Source: a virus. From it: a stretch of DNA of 64,000 nt. Positions 48,321 to 58,513 of this stretch are shown in pieces; the stretch's first letter is position 1, and each line of letters begins with the position of its first letter. A program made the translations under genes and the position numbers. The notes under the pieces were generated by a model. It saw only the letters and a program-made list of their open reading frames with translations, did no database searches and was not told the DNA's origin. The stretch lies in the IMG/VR virus record IMGVR_UViG_3300035182_000466, positions 32,001-96,000 of that record. One strand, 5' to 3'.

Positions 48321-48453
48321 CCTGACTATACAACAGATACTAGATACTCAGTGGACTTTAGCTACAAAATGTAATATACCACCTAATGATAATATGCCTA
48401 TAATGAACTTGTTATACTGGGCTTCTTTATACAAAGAAGATATCTCAAAATAA
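48319..48453 (+). CDS. Unannotated 44-codon +1-frame extension of the gp26-like gene (gp51-like), probably reached by frameshift
   Basis: Open frame SLTIQQILDTQWTLATKCNIPPNDNMPIMNLLYWASLYKEDISK fills the gap before 48465, has no RBS or start at its 5' end, and begins at TTT-CCC-TAG. Confidence 0.6.
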   Translation, partial: SLTIQQILDTQWTLATKCNIPPNDNMPIMNLLYWASLYKEDISK

Positions 48454-48464
48454 AGTAGGATGTT

Positions 48465-51287
48465 ATGGCTAATTCATTATTCAGTAACGTAATGAAAGAT
48501 ATAAAATTAAATACTATAGACATAGTTAAAAATAAGTATCAAGATGTAAAAACTAATGTTAGGAATAATGTTGCAGATAGAGCAGGTTCATTAAGCCAAA
48601 CTCTATCTAAGCATGCTCCAAACACGTATCCAAACTCCTCTTTATCTAGAACCTTAGAAAAGATTGCAGGTAGTAAAGTACAAGATATAAGAGAAGATGC
48701 TAAGAAGAGATTAGAAAGAACTCAGGACGCCGCAGCTCAGGAACAACAGACTGAAGCTTTAGATGGAATGGATAAATCTTTAACAGCGCAGTTAAAGCTG
48801 GTTAATAAAAATCTAGAAAAAATAGACAAGACTATAAGAGTAACTGGTTCTGATGGAGGTTTACTTGGCAAGTACTTAGAGTACAGAGGACTAAAAGGTA
48901 CTTTAAAAGGTAAAGGTACTTGGTATAATCCAAAAACCTGGTTTAATAAAGGTGCTGGTTCTACTACAGAAGCTGCTGCCGAAGCAGCAGAAGCTACAGG
49001 AGCTACAGCAGCAGAGACTACAGAAGCTACAGCCGCAGCAGCAGATACTACAGCAGTCGCAGCTTCTACTGGAAGTCGTGTTTTGTCAGGAGCTACTAAG
49101 GTAATAGGTAGAGTTGCATTACCTCTAACAGGTTTAATTGCAGGATATTCAGAGTATAATTCAGCAGATAATAAAGATCAATCCACTGAGGTAAAAACTG
49201 CAAGAGCTGTAACTACTGGTGCTGGTACAATGGCAGGTGCACTAGGTGGTGCTAAACTAGGCGCAATGGGTGGTGCTGCTTTAGGCTCTGTAATACCAGG
49301 TTTAGGAACTACGGTTGGAGGTATTGTAGGAGCTATAGTAGGTGGTATTGGTGGTGCATTCGGTGGAGAGAAATTTTCAAAGTGGATCTCAAGAAAAGTA
49401 TTTAAAAGTGATGAAACTAAACAAAAAGATGTAGATACTAAAAAAGAACTTACTGATAATTTTGATACTAGAAATGCCTTAATTATAAACAAGGCAGAAG
49501 ATATAACAAATAAATCAACTGCCCTAACAGGTAATGAAGAAGGTGATGAAGAAGGTGAAGGGCCTACTTACTTAGAAAAACAAGACGCTAAAAATCTAAA
49601 AGATTTGACCACAATTACTAAGGAAGCGTATAGACCTAGAGGACTAATGGAACGTCTATTTTCTACTTTAAGTGCACCGTTTGAGTGGCTTAGAAGTAAG
49701 CTTGGTGGTGGTCCCTCAACTCCTACAGGAGGAGCACCTATAGGTGCTCCAAGTTCTAGTGATGCAGAAGTACCTATGGCTTCTTCACATGGTACACCAT
49801 CTTCTTCTTCTTCATATGGTACACCATCTTCTTCTTCATATGATACACCTTCTTCTTCAGGAAGTACCACATCAAGCACTTCAGGTTCTATAGATACTTC
49901 CAACATTGTTGCAGAAGGTTTTGCAGGAGCAGCCCTTTCCGGAATACCTTATAATAACAAACGAGATGGAACAGGAATGGACTGTTCCGAAATAAGCCAA
50001 GCTGCTTATCGTGCTGCTGGAATATCAATTCCAGGTACTGCTGAAGCTCAAAGAAAAGATGTTCTAAAAAATGGTACTCCTGTTACTAGTATAAAAGATC
50101 TTCAGCCTGGAGATCTTATCTTCTATCATAGTGAAAAAGAAGAAGCTTTAAGAAAAGCTGGAATAGCAGGTGGTGGAGCTAGAAAGCCAGTAGGGCCTTT
50201 TGGTGCGACACATGTAGCTGTATACCTAGGTAAGGATCCAGTTACTGGCAAACCTAAGATGTTTGAGTCTGGAAATAGTAAAACTGGTGCTAAGTCAGGT
50301 GTGAAAGACTTTAGAGCCAAAGGTTTTATAATGGGTGGACGCCCAACTAAGTCAGGAGATTCTGGTAAAAGAGTAATGGCTGCCTTAGTAGGAAATCAAG
50401 GTGGTTCAATTCCTAAAGACGACATACAAGTCGCATCTTCTGACAAAGCAGAGCCAGAAACAACTCAAAGTACCAGTACACAAAAAGCTTCTTCAGAAGA
50501 CTTTAAAACTGTTACATCACCAGAAGAAGACATTAAAAAAGAAGAACCTTATGATGTGGCCTCCGTTGCTTTACCTTCTGATATTGATTCTGAACCACAA
50601 GGTCTTGTAAAACAGTTATTAAAATCTGATAATTTTGTAGCTGCTTCTTCACCTGCGGTTAAGAAAGAAGAACCACTGTTAGATACAGTTAGTGCTGTAG
50701 AAGCAGCGTCTAATATACCGGCATCTTCTGGAACTAACTTGCCTATTTCTTCAACTGAAGGTTTAAAACCAGAAACAACTACGAATAACAGTGGTCTATT
50801 AGGATTCTTAAATAAGGTTTTAAGCACAGTTACTGGTGCGGCGACTTCTGGATACTCTGATTTAAAAGATTCTGGTGGAAAACTATATGATAAAATTTCT
50901 AATGGAATTAGTGATACTGTAGGAGCAGGACTAGATACTTTAAAAAATAAAGCACAGTCTGCTACTGATACGGTTATGGGTTCATGGGATAACTTAGCTT
51001 CTTCTGCCTTTCCAGTAATTGATGGAGCTACGGGAGCAGTAAATAGAGCTTTTAGTGGAGTGCCAGATGCCCAGACTGTAAAATCACCTGAGTCAATAGT
51101 ATTACCACCAAGAGCAGAGCTGACATCAAATAAGCCTACTACAAATAAAGATAATAAAGTTAGTCAACAACCAAGCTATCCACCTACTGCTAATCTGCCT
51201 GCCGCAGAAGTTCCAAGTTTAAGAACTGATGGAATGTTTATGGTTGAGGATGGTGGACTAAATCTTATTATATTAGGAGTAGTTTAA
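48465..51287 (+). CDS. Tape-measure-like / central tail protein with an NlpC/P60 peptidoglycan hydrolase domain
   Basis: Coiled-coil N-terminus; Gly-zipper hydrophobic segment (GAALGSVIPGLGTTVGGIVGA); DCS (49980)...LQPGDLIF...HVAVYLG. Confidence 0.8.
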   Translation: MANSLFSNVMKDIKLNTIDIVKNKYQDVKTNVRNNVADRAGSLSQTLSKHAPNTYPNSSLSRTLEKIAGSKVQDIREDAKKRLERTQDAAAQEQQTEALDGMDKSLTAQLKLVNKNLEKIDKTIRVTGSDGGLLGKYLEYRGLKGTLKGKGTWYNPKTWFNKGAGSTTEAAAEAAEATGATAAETTEATAAAADTTAVAASTGSRVLSGATKVIGRVALPLTGLIAGYSEYNSADNKDQSTEVKTARAVTTGAGTMAGALGGAKLGAMGGAALGSVIPGLGTTVGGIVGAIVGGIGGAFGGEKFSKWISRKVFKSDETKQKDVDTKKELTDNFDTRNALIINKAEDITNKSTALTGNEEGDEEGEGPTYLEKQDAKNLKDLTTITKEAYRPRGLMERLFSTLSAPFEWLRSKLGGGPSTPTGGAPIGAPSSSDAEVPMASSHGTPSSSSSYGTPSSSSYDTPSSSGSTTSSTSGSIDTSNIVAEGFAGAALSGIPYNNKRDGTGMDCSEISQAAYRAAGISIPGTAEAQRKDVLKNGTPVTSIKDLQPGDLIFYHSEKEEALRKAGIAGGGARKPVGPFGATHVAVYLGKDPVTGKPKMFESGNSKTGAKSGVKDFRAKGFIMGGRPTKSGDSGKRVMAALVGNQGGSIPKDDIQVASSDKAEPETTQSTSTQKASSEDFKTVTSPEEDIKKEEPYDVASVALPSDIDSEPQGLVKQLLKSDNFVAASSPAVKKEEPLLDTVSAVEAASNIPASSGTNLPISSTEGLKPETTTNNSGLLGFLNKVLSTVTGAATSGYSDLKDSGGKLYDKISNGISDTVGAGLDTLKNKAQSATDTVMGSWDNLASSAFPVIDGATGAVNRAFSGVPDAQTVKSPESIVLPPRAELTSNKPTTNKDNKVSQQPSYPPTANLPAAEVPSLRTDGMFMVEDGGLNLIILGVV
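49788..49859 (+). repeat. Ser-rich tandem repeat (24-27 bp units) linker
   Basis: (H/Y)(G/D)TPSSS(S) occurs three times before the NlpC/P60 domain. Confidence 0.75.
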
Positions 51288-51288
51288 T

Positions 51289-51906
51289 ATGTCTGAAATA
51301 GGTGGATATGAGTCTTTAAATAAAAATTATAGAGTATGGTTAAGTAAAGGTAGTTCAATAGTATCTACACCAATGGCTGAGAATTTTTCTACTTCTTTAG
51401 ATATAACATGGAATCCAATACTTGCCGGTGGTATGCAAGAAGCAATGTCAGCTATGGTAGGTGGAAATGTTACTGAATGGGTTAATAAGACTGCCGCAGC
51501 AGGTGGTTTTAACTTTCAGAATAAACAGTTAAGTGCTCAATTATGGCAAGGATCTTCGTATATTTCATATAATATTCCTTTTGTGTTTAAGGTAGAGAAA
51601 GATCCTCAAAGAGAACTTGTTGAACCAATAAAAGAAATAATGAAGATGGCTCTACCTAGAGAATTTGGTCCTATCCTTAAAGCGCCTTATACACCTATGT
51701 TACCGGATAGCGAAACTAATTCTCCAGTAGAAGTTAGATTTGGAAATTTCATGGTTCTTAAAAATTGTGTAATAACTAATATAAGTCAGACATATGATGC
51801 AATTTTTGATTCTGATGGTAGACCTTTAAGTGCTAAGTTAGATGTTTCAGTAATATCTACTTATATTATCGTCTATGATGATATTCAAACTATGTTCAAA
51901 CATTAA
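51289..51906 (+). CDS. Tube-fold baseplate protein (gp48-like tube cap/initiator)
   Basis: W.GS....F.F, V.FGN.....CVIT.I......D..G.P..A...V.I pattern; position after the tape-measure-like gene. Confidence 0.6.
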   Translation: MSEIGGYESLNKNYRVWLSKGSSIVSTPMAENFSTSLDITWNPILAGGMQEAMSAMVGGNVTEWVNKTAAAGGFNFQNKQLSAQLWQGSSYISYNIPFVFKVEKDPQRELVEPIKEIMKMALPREFGPILKAPYTPMLPDSETNSPVEVRFGNFMVLKNCVITNISQTYDAIFDSDGRPLSAKLDVSVISTYIIVYDDIQTMFKH

Positions 51907-51920
51907 CTAGAGGTTATTAT

Positions 51921-52253
51921 ATGTCGATATATGATAGACATTTATATCTAACTAGAGATAACTTAGGTAATGACCCTCTCACAGATAAATTGGTTGATAA
52001 AATAATGGTAATACCTTATTCTTCAATATATGAAATACCTTTTTATAATGAGAATAGGCCAGATAAAATTTCAGCTTTATTCTTTGGTTCACCTGAGTTA
52101 TATTGGGTAATACTTGTTTATAATAAACTTATTGCAAATACTGAACTGACTGCAGGATCATTTATAAAGATACCTAATTTTACTATTTTAAATGATCTTT
52201 TAGTTAAACAGAGCCAAGGTAAACGTTTATCCAAACAAATTTATTTGAAATAA
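51921..52253 (+). CDS. Baseplate wedge protein (gp53/LysM-like)
   Basis: RPDKIS..FFGSPELYWVIL.YN...L.AG..IKIP motif. Confidence 0.8.
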   Translation: MSIYDRHLYLTRDNLGNDPLTDKLVDKIMVIPYSSIYEIPFYNENRPDKISALFFGSPELYWVILVYNKLIANTELTAGSFIKIPNFTILNDLLVKQSQGKRLSKQIYLK

Positions 52254-52265
52254 CTAGAGGCCTTT

Positions 52266-53840
52266 ATGTCAGTAATAGCACTAGATGGACAACTATTTTT
52301 AGACCTTAAGGTAGATGATCAAGATCTACCTGTAGCTGGAGTAGATTTTTTGGATCAAATAACTATGCTTCAAGACGTATCTTCTGGAATACCAACGTTG
52401 ACATTAACCGTCAATGACTCAGAAGGTATATTTTCTGATTTACATCCTTTGTCTGATGCCAATAAATTTTCAATTACTATTGGTAAAGATAAAGATGAAC
52501 TATCTAGCAATAGACCTTATGAGTTTAGGCTATTTAGTTGGAAGGCTATACAGTATAGCCGTGGTTTAAAATATGTAATACACGCTGTTTTAGACAACTA
52601 TAAGTTTATAAAAAAGATAAAGACCAAAGCATATAAAGGAACAAGCTATAAAGTAATAAAAGAAATTGTAGAAGACTGTGGTTTAGACTTTGTAGGAGAT
52701 AGTTCTGGAGACCCTTGTTCAGATGAACAAACGTGGATAAATGTTTGTGATCCTGTTGCTATTTTCATAAAGAAAATAACTCAACATAGTTATTCAGAAA
52801 ATGGTGTAATGCTAGCTTGTGCTTCTTTTAATGGTGACTTTATTTATAAAAATATAAATAATGCCTTTTCTGAATCTACGCAACCTTATGCTAGTTTTGA
52901 CTCAGACCTAGATTCTAAGAAAACTGATAATACTACTACTAGTCCAGCAACTACTTCTAATCCTTCTTCTATTGGAGGAACAGACTTTAGCAGTTCTCCT
53001 GATAAGTATACAATGAGAGAATATACAACTAGCAGTTCTTCTGGATTCTTAAACTCATGGGTAAACTATGGATATAAGATGATAGAAGATTTAATGTCTG
53101 GAAGTAATGAAGAGTATAGTGGTGTTTCAATACCTTCAGCGGATGGTGCTGCTTCTATAAATACTGAAATATCTGATCAGATAGAAATAGCCCGTAGAGA
53201 TTATGCTCCTATAGACTGTGGAAATACCTATCCAAAATATTGGAAGGCTTACCATAGAAATCTTCGTATGTTAGGATTATTTAGTCAAAAATCAACTTTC
53301 TTGGTTGATACTGTTACTAATTTACAACCATTAGATCCTATTGATCTTAAATTCTATAATCTATCTACTGGAAAGCCTAATGGCTATAGTGGTAGATATA
53401 TTGTTGGGGCACATAAAATTGTCATAAAAGGTACAAAGTATGCAGAGTTGTTTGAAGTGTATAAAATGACAGTACCTAAAACAAGCTCAAGTTCAACAGA
53501 AGCAGATAATTCTTCAAATATAACTAATGCACCTAGTGATAATAGTAGTAGTCAAAAATTACCTAAACTTGCAGATTCACCACCACCTCAAGGGTCTGCT
53601 TTTAGTGGAACTAAAACTAGCTCTGGCGGTATAGCTGTTAATGATATGGAACCTTTAGTATCTGGTGATAAACCTGTTAGTGATAATCAATTGATACAAC
53701 CTAAAGAAGTTAATACTTTGCCTCTTGCTTCTGATGTACTTAAGTCCAATAAAACTTCTAGTACAACGAATACAAGTCAAGTATCACAAAGTAGTAGTAT
53801 TATAGCTGTAAAGAATTTAGGAGAGTTACCTAATATATAG
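52266..53840 (+). CDS. Baseplate hub protein (gp27/GpD-like) with a low-complexity C-terminal tail
   Basis: P...L.V.D N-terminal barrel, GT...VI..I, and YSGRYIV...K C-terminal motif; position after gp53. Confidence 0.65.
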   Translation: MSVIALDGQLFLDLKVDDQDLPVAGVDFLDQITMLQDVSSGIPTLTLTVNDSEGIFSDLHPLSDANKFSITIGKDKDELSSNRPYEFRLFSWKAIQYSRGLKYVIHAVLDNYKFIKKIKTKAYKGTSYKVIKEIVEDCGLDFVGDSSGDPCSDEQTWINVCDPVAIFIKKITQHSYSENGVMLACASFNGDFIYKNINNAFSESTQPYASFDSDLDSKKTDNTTTSPATTSNPSSIGGTDFSSSPDKYTMREYTTSSSSGFLNSWVNYGYKMIEDLMSGSNEEYSGVSIPSADGAASINTEISDQIEIARRDYAPIDCGNTYPKYWKAYHRNLRMLGLFSQKSTFLVDTVTNLQPLDPIDLKFYNLSTGKPNGYSGRYIVGAHKIVIKGTKYAELFEVYKMTVPKTSSSSTEADNSSNITNAPSDNSSSQKLPKLADSPPPQGSAFSGTKTSSGGIAVNDMEPLVSGDKPVSDNQLIQPKEVNTLPLASDVLKSNKTSSTTNTSQVSQSSSIIAVKNLGELPNI

Positions 53841-53861
53841 TAAATTAGCGAGGAAATAAAA

Positions 53862-54407
53862 ATGGGTAATTTTGATTATGCTCAAAGAGTAACAATGTCT
53901 GATGGTGATTATCCTATTGATGATAAGAGTACGTTAAAAAGCGGTGATTGGAATAATACTACAATCCTACAGCCTTGGGATGCAATTGAGTCTAATGGTG
54001 TACTAAGACCACAAACTGGTTCAAAACGTCCATGTTATGCAACATACATGACCAGAAGAAAAGCTGTAAGTCAAATGAAAGTTACAATAGTTGGAACTTA
54101 TAGAAAAATAAGTCTTAAACTACCTGGACTAGAATACTTATTTGACAATGCACCAAATGGTTGGTTAGACTTAACCATGTTATATGATGGGTATGATACT
54201 CCAGGATCTGGAAGAAACAGTAATGGATGTGCTTTAGGTATTGCTGCAAATGGAGGAAGCGGTCTTTTTATTGCTACCTTTGGTAGACAATCTAGCACTA
54301 ATAGTAGTAACAATACTATTTTAGTAAGGATAAAACTCGAAGCTCTTGATGTTATAAAAGGAATAACCTTAGAAGGAATGGTTGAAAATCCAGATATAGT
54401 ATGGTGA
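53862..54407 (+). CDS. Virion structural protein
   Basis: RBS GAGG; NGWLD...PG...NGCA.G...TFG..SS motif seen in jumbo-phage structural proteins. Confidence 0.55.
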   Translation: MGNFDYAQRVTMSDGDYPIDDKSTLKSGDWNNTTILQPWDAIESNGVLRPQTGSKRPCYATYMTRRKAVSQMKVTIVGTYRKISLKLPGLEYLFDNAPNGWLDLTMLYDGYDTPGSGRNSNGCALGIAANGGSGLFIATFGRQSSTNSSNNTILVRIKLEALDVIKGITLEGMVENPDIVW

Positions 54408-54434
54408 CATAGTTGTCGGTAGTGGAGACTAAAA

Positions 54435-55346
54435 ATGGCAATTTCAGATACTAAAAAATTAGATATAGTTTGGAAGAAACTTTTTGGTGTAGCTGAAACT
54501 GATATTTTAAATAAGGATGTTTTGAATGAAACAATTTATACTAACGTAATATCTTATGGTCATGAGATTTGGACAGACTCAGGTAAAATACCTTCTACAC
54601 CGCCTATATCAAATACTAGAGAAATTGGCTTATATAAAGATGATACTATAGCTAAGATGGTTGTTGATGAAACAGTCCCTGGTAATAGAACTTGGTTAGC
54701 AGTAGATAATAGCAATGTACGATTACGAGACTGGATTCCTCCATCTTTAGGCTATAGTTATGCAGTAAGAATATATGTAGAAAATTTAGACTATGGGACA
54801 CATAGAAAGATTATAAATCCTACACTACTAACAATGGAGTATGTATTTGATTATAACGCTGGTGTATTATATTTTCCAAATTGCGTTCCTTCAGATGTAT
54901 TATCTAATAATGCAGTTTTATATATTGAAGGTTACAGATATATAGGGCCTAAAGGCGTTGGAGATGGCGGTGGTCCTATCGAACCTCCTAAACCTGTAGG
55001 AGATTTAGTATATGAACTTTCTGGATCTATCTTCGGTTCAGCTAAGCCTGATGAAGTAGTAATGCGTTTTGTTGTAGCAGCACCAATACGAATAGATAGA
55101 AATTTTCCTAAGTCACAGGCTTACTGTACTATTAAACCTAAAAGAGATACTGAACTGTTGATAACCAGAAATGACAGTATATTTGGCAAGATAGTTTTTA
55201 GAGCAAATGGAGATGGTTACGGAGAGTATAGAGGAATAGAGACTTTATTATTTCCAAAAGATATTTTATTAGTAAAAGCTCCATCTGATTATGATAATAC
55301 GATGAGAGATGTAGAATGGACTATAGTAGCACAACCTGCAGGATAA
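54435..55346 (+). CDS. Virion structural protein
   Basis: MAISD.KK.D..WKKL.G...TD N-terminus, FDY.AGVL.F, and GYRY.G..G motif. Confidence 0.6.
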   Translation: MAISDTKKLDIVWKKLFGVAETDILNKDVLNETIYTNVISYGHEIWTDSGKIPSTPPISNTREIGLYKDDTIAKMVVDETVPGNRTWLAVDNSNVRLRDWIPPSLGYSYAVRIYVENLDYGTHRKIINPTLLTMEYVFDYNAGVLYFPNCVPSDVLSNNAVLYIEGYRYIGPKGVGDGGGPIEPPKPVGDLVYELSGSIFGSAKPDEVVMRFVVAAPIRIDRNFPKSQAYCTIKPKRDTELLITRNDSIFGKIVFRANGDGYGEYRGIETLLFPKDILLVKAPSDYDNTMRDVEWTIVAQPAG

Positions 55347-55372
55347 ACTTCGTCTATACATGAGGTATAAAG

Positions 55373-58300
55373 ATGTTAATTTCTAGTTCATATAAAATAG
55401 GATTTACTAGTTTAACTGAAGTATTTGATTCAGTTTATACTGAGTTTATTTCTGCAGGATGGAACTCTGTTTTTAAAGGTACTGATAAATTTACTATTGA
55501 AACAACTACAACAGTTGATAGTTTATCTCCACTTGAGTCTTGGCGTGTTCACATGGACGCTGGATACATATTAAAATTCAAAAAGCTAATGTATGGATTT
55601 GATGAGCCTAAAGAAGAGGAAATAAAAGAATATGGAAGAATTGTTCTTGGTACTTCTCATCAACTGTTAGATGATGGTACTGTATTACCTACTCCTATTC
55701 CTAAAGATGGTAGATCTACCGATAAACCTTCCGATATAGAGATAGCCGAAGCTCTTATTAGACAGAAGTATGAAACATCTTTGGATGAATTTCTGACAAG
55801 CAAGTTAGCTACACCTAAACCACCAGATGAAATTTATATACCACAATATGATCTTATTGATGGTAAGGAGTGTATAAGGTTTGATACAGATGGTACTTCA
55901 CTACCTTTACCTTATGGTGATATAAGTCCATTATTAAGTGAGGTAGATGCAGTTGGAGAAGGCAGAGTTTTAAGCTATCGTCTTTCTATATCTGATTCTG
56001 GATTTGTTTTAGTGATAAAATCAGAAGGGCACCCTCAAGGCCGTGGAGTAAAATGGCTTTGCGCCCAACGTTTGGTAGACTCAACTACCGGTATTCCATT
56101 TATAGGAAAATTTAATCCAGTAGTTTGTCTAACTAATCATATAGAAAGAAACTATATTAGAACCTTAGGTGATTCTAGTACTGTGTTATATCCTCGGTCT
56201 GGTGATAATGTGGTTTGGCAGTTTATAGTTAGAGAGAAGGATGTACTTATACCTACAGCCCATAGTTATTCTAATATTTGCACAGACTACTCTTCTGATC
56301 CATGGAACAACAAAAAACAAATATCTATTTCAGAACGAGGAAATTATCTAGTTACTATTCCTGATGGAATAACCACTAAAAGGTTTTTATATCAAGATCA
56401 GTGTATGGATCTTATCTCATTTGTTTCTGCTAATGTATTATCTGAAGGTAATACTGCAGTATTTAATTGTTTTAGACAAGGAGATCATTTAGTTAGACTT
56501 GAATATACTGGAGAAAGAGCCTCCATTAATTATAATGAAGGACAAAGATTACTAATTCAAACTAATTTTGATTATCTTAATATTCCTGAACCTATAGCAA
56601 TTGTTTCTGGTAATCCTGATAGGATAACTAATAGTTCTAATCTTGATGTTTCTGTATCTGGATTATACTTAATAAATTATAAGTGGAGAATAGATTTTGG
56701 AGAATGGAGTGATGAATTAGACATAATAACACCAATTAAATTAAAGGATTTACCAGAAGGTCAAAGAGTATTAGAGGTAATAGGCCAGCGTGATGATAAC
56801 AAGTGGCAGATTAGACCTACTACAGTTTTTTGGACTATAGATAAAAGTTATCCTACTGCAATAATAAATTCAGATGTTCCATTTGCTACAAGAAAAAAGG
56901 ACATAACGATTAGTATTGGTGATAATTCTGTATCTGCTTTTAAATATAAATTAGACAATAATAATTGGAGCCAGGAGATTTTAAATTTTCCTACTACTAA
57001 AATTAAACTCACTAATTTAACTGAGAGTACTCATACTATAAAAGTTATTGGAAAAAATAGTATAGGAAATTATCAACCAGAAAATGTTGCTACTGAATTT
57101 TCTTGGGTAGTAGATACATTAACTAATGTTCCTATATTAACTAATGTACCAAAAAGTCTTACCTATTTAACAACCACAGATATAACTATCTCTGGAAGAA
57201 ATGTAAATATTTATAAATACCGTATCAATAATGGAACATGGAGTGGAGAATATTCTTCATCTCAACCCTTACAACTCTCGTCTTTACCAGATGGTCTAAA
57301 TAAATTAGAAGTTCTATCTTTTGATATAATAAATCAGGTATGGCCAGCAGAATCTGAGGCAGTAACTTATTCATGGACTATAAACTCAGTAGAACCAGAA
57401 GCAATTTTAACAAATCTTCCAAAGCTTTTAACAAATGTTACTTCTACTAATATTAATGTGACAGGACAAAATTTAGTTTTATATAAATATAAAATTGATG
57501 AAGAACCTTGGAGTATAGAATATCCACTTACACGTAGTATAGACCTATCTAATTTATCTTCAACTTCTCATACTTTACTAGTGGTGGTTAAAAACACTGC
57601 AGATAATTGGCAGGAAACAACACATCCTACAGAATTTACTTGGACAATAGATACAGAAAAACCTGTTGCAGTTATTTCAACTACAATACAAGATTACACC
57701 AATTCTACTATTGCTATTTTTAATATTTCTGGAGAGAAAGTTGTTAGTTACACCTATAAACTAGATACAGGAGCGTGGACAAATCCAGCACCAATTTCGT
57801 CTCCAATTAGTCTTTTAGGACTTGCATCTGAAACACATACATTGCAAGTTTGTGGAATAGATGCCTTAGGCAATATACAAGATACGTTAAATCCAACCAC
57901 ATTTTTATGGACAATTGACACCACTGCACCAGTTGCAACAATTTCAGGTCTTCCTACTACAGAGTACGCTTTAACTCATTCAGTAACAGATTATGATGTG
58001 GTTGTAGGAGGTACAGATGTAGTAAAATATAGATATTCATTAGATAGAAATGCATGGAGTGGAATAAAGTCTGTCTCAGAAAAGATTCTTTTAAGAAATT
58101 TAACACAAGGCGGACATTCACTACGAGTTGTCGGATCAGATTCTGTAGGAAACTGGCAAACTTCTGCTTCAATTTATAACTGGAATGTTTCTACAGAACC
58201 TAGAATATTTATAGACAATGTACCAAACGGTCCTGTTACTTCTCCTTATAATATTAACATCTCAGTAAAATTAGAAATGTGTTATTACTATAGTTATAGA

Positions 58301-58474
58301 TATTACTTATCTAATGTAGAACCTGTTTGGAGTAATTGGATTACGCAAACAAAAGATCAAAATATAGTTATTTCTGTAAATCAACCTACTACAGCTAATA
58401 TACAATATTGTGGATCTACGTCTTCTGGAGAACAACTTACTGTTTATGGATTAGTTACAATAACAATAACATAA
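55373..58474 (+). CDS. Virion protein, paralogue family member 1, with C-terminal Ig-like repeats
   Basis: Shared core (WR.H.D...GT..QL.DDG...QR.V...RE.DV..P...KQ.SI.E...P.G..T.R.LY...D.I.F.SA) plus about six ~90-aa units YKY.LD...W...L..L....HTL.V.G...GNWQ...WTID. Confidence 0.75.
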   Translation: MLISSSYKIGFTSLTEVFDSVYTEFISAGWNSVFKGTDKFTIETTTTVDSLSPLESWRVHMDAGYILKFKKLMYGFDEPKEEEIKEYGRIVLGTSHQLLDDGTVLPTPIPKDGRSTDKPSDIEIAEALIRQKYETSLDEFLTSKLATPKPPDEIYIPQYDLIDGKECIRFDTDGTSLPLPYGDISPLLSEVDAVGEGRVLSYRLSISDSGFVLVIKSEGHPQGRGVKWLCAQRLVDSTTGIPFIGKFNPVVCLTNHIERNYIRTLGDSSTVLYPRSGDNVVWQFIVREKDVLIPTAHSYSNICTDYSSDPWNNKKQISISERGNYLVTIPDGITTKRFLYQDQCMDLISFVSANVLSEGNTAVFNCFRQGDHLVRLEYTGERASINYNEGQRLLIQTNFDYLNIPEPIAIVSGNPDRITNSSNLDVSVSGLYLINYKWRIDFGEWSDELDIITPIKLKDLPEGQRVLEVIGQRDDNKWQIRPTTVFWTIDKSYPTAIINSDVPFATRKKDITISIGDNSVSAFKYKLDNNNWSQEILNFPTTKIKLTNLTESTHTIKVIGKNSIGNYQPENVATEFSWVVDTLTNVPILTNVPKSLTYLTTTDITISGRNVNIYKYRINNGTWSGEYSSSQPLQLSSLPDGLNKLEVLSFDIINQVWPAESEAVTYSWTINSVEPEAILTNLPKLLTNVTSTNINVTGQNLVLYKYKIDEEPWSIEYPLTRSIDLSNLSSTSHTLLVVVKNTADNWQETTHPTEFTWTIDTEKPVAVISTTIQDYTNSTIAIFNISGEKVVSYTYKLDTGAWTNPAPISSPISLLGLASETHTLQVCGIDALGNIQDTLNPTTFLWTIDTTAPVATISGLPTTEYALTHSVTDYDVVVGGTDVVKYRYSLDRNAWSGIKSVSEKILLRNLTQGGHSLRVVGSDSVGNWQTSASIYNWNVSTEPRIFIDNVPNGPVTSPYNINISVKLEMCYYYSYRYYLSNVEPVWSNWITQTKDQNIVISVNQPTTANIQYCGSTSSGEQLTVYGLVTITIT

Positions 58475-58513
58475 AATTTATAATTTATATAAACAATGTA
58501 AAGCGAGGTTCTT

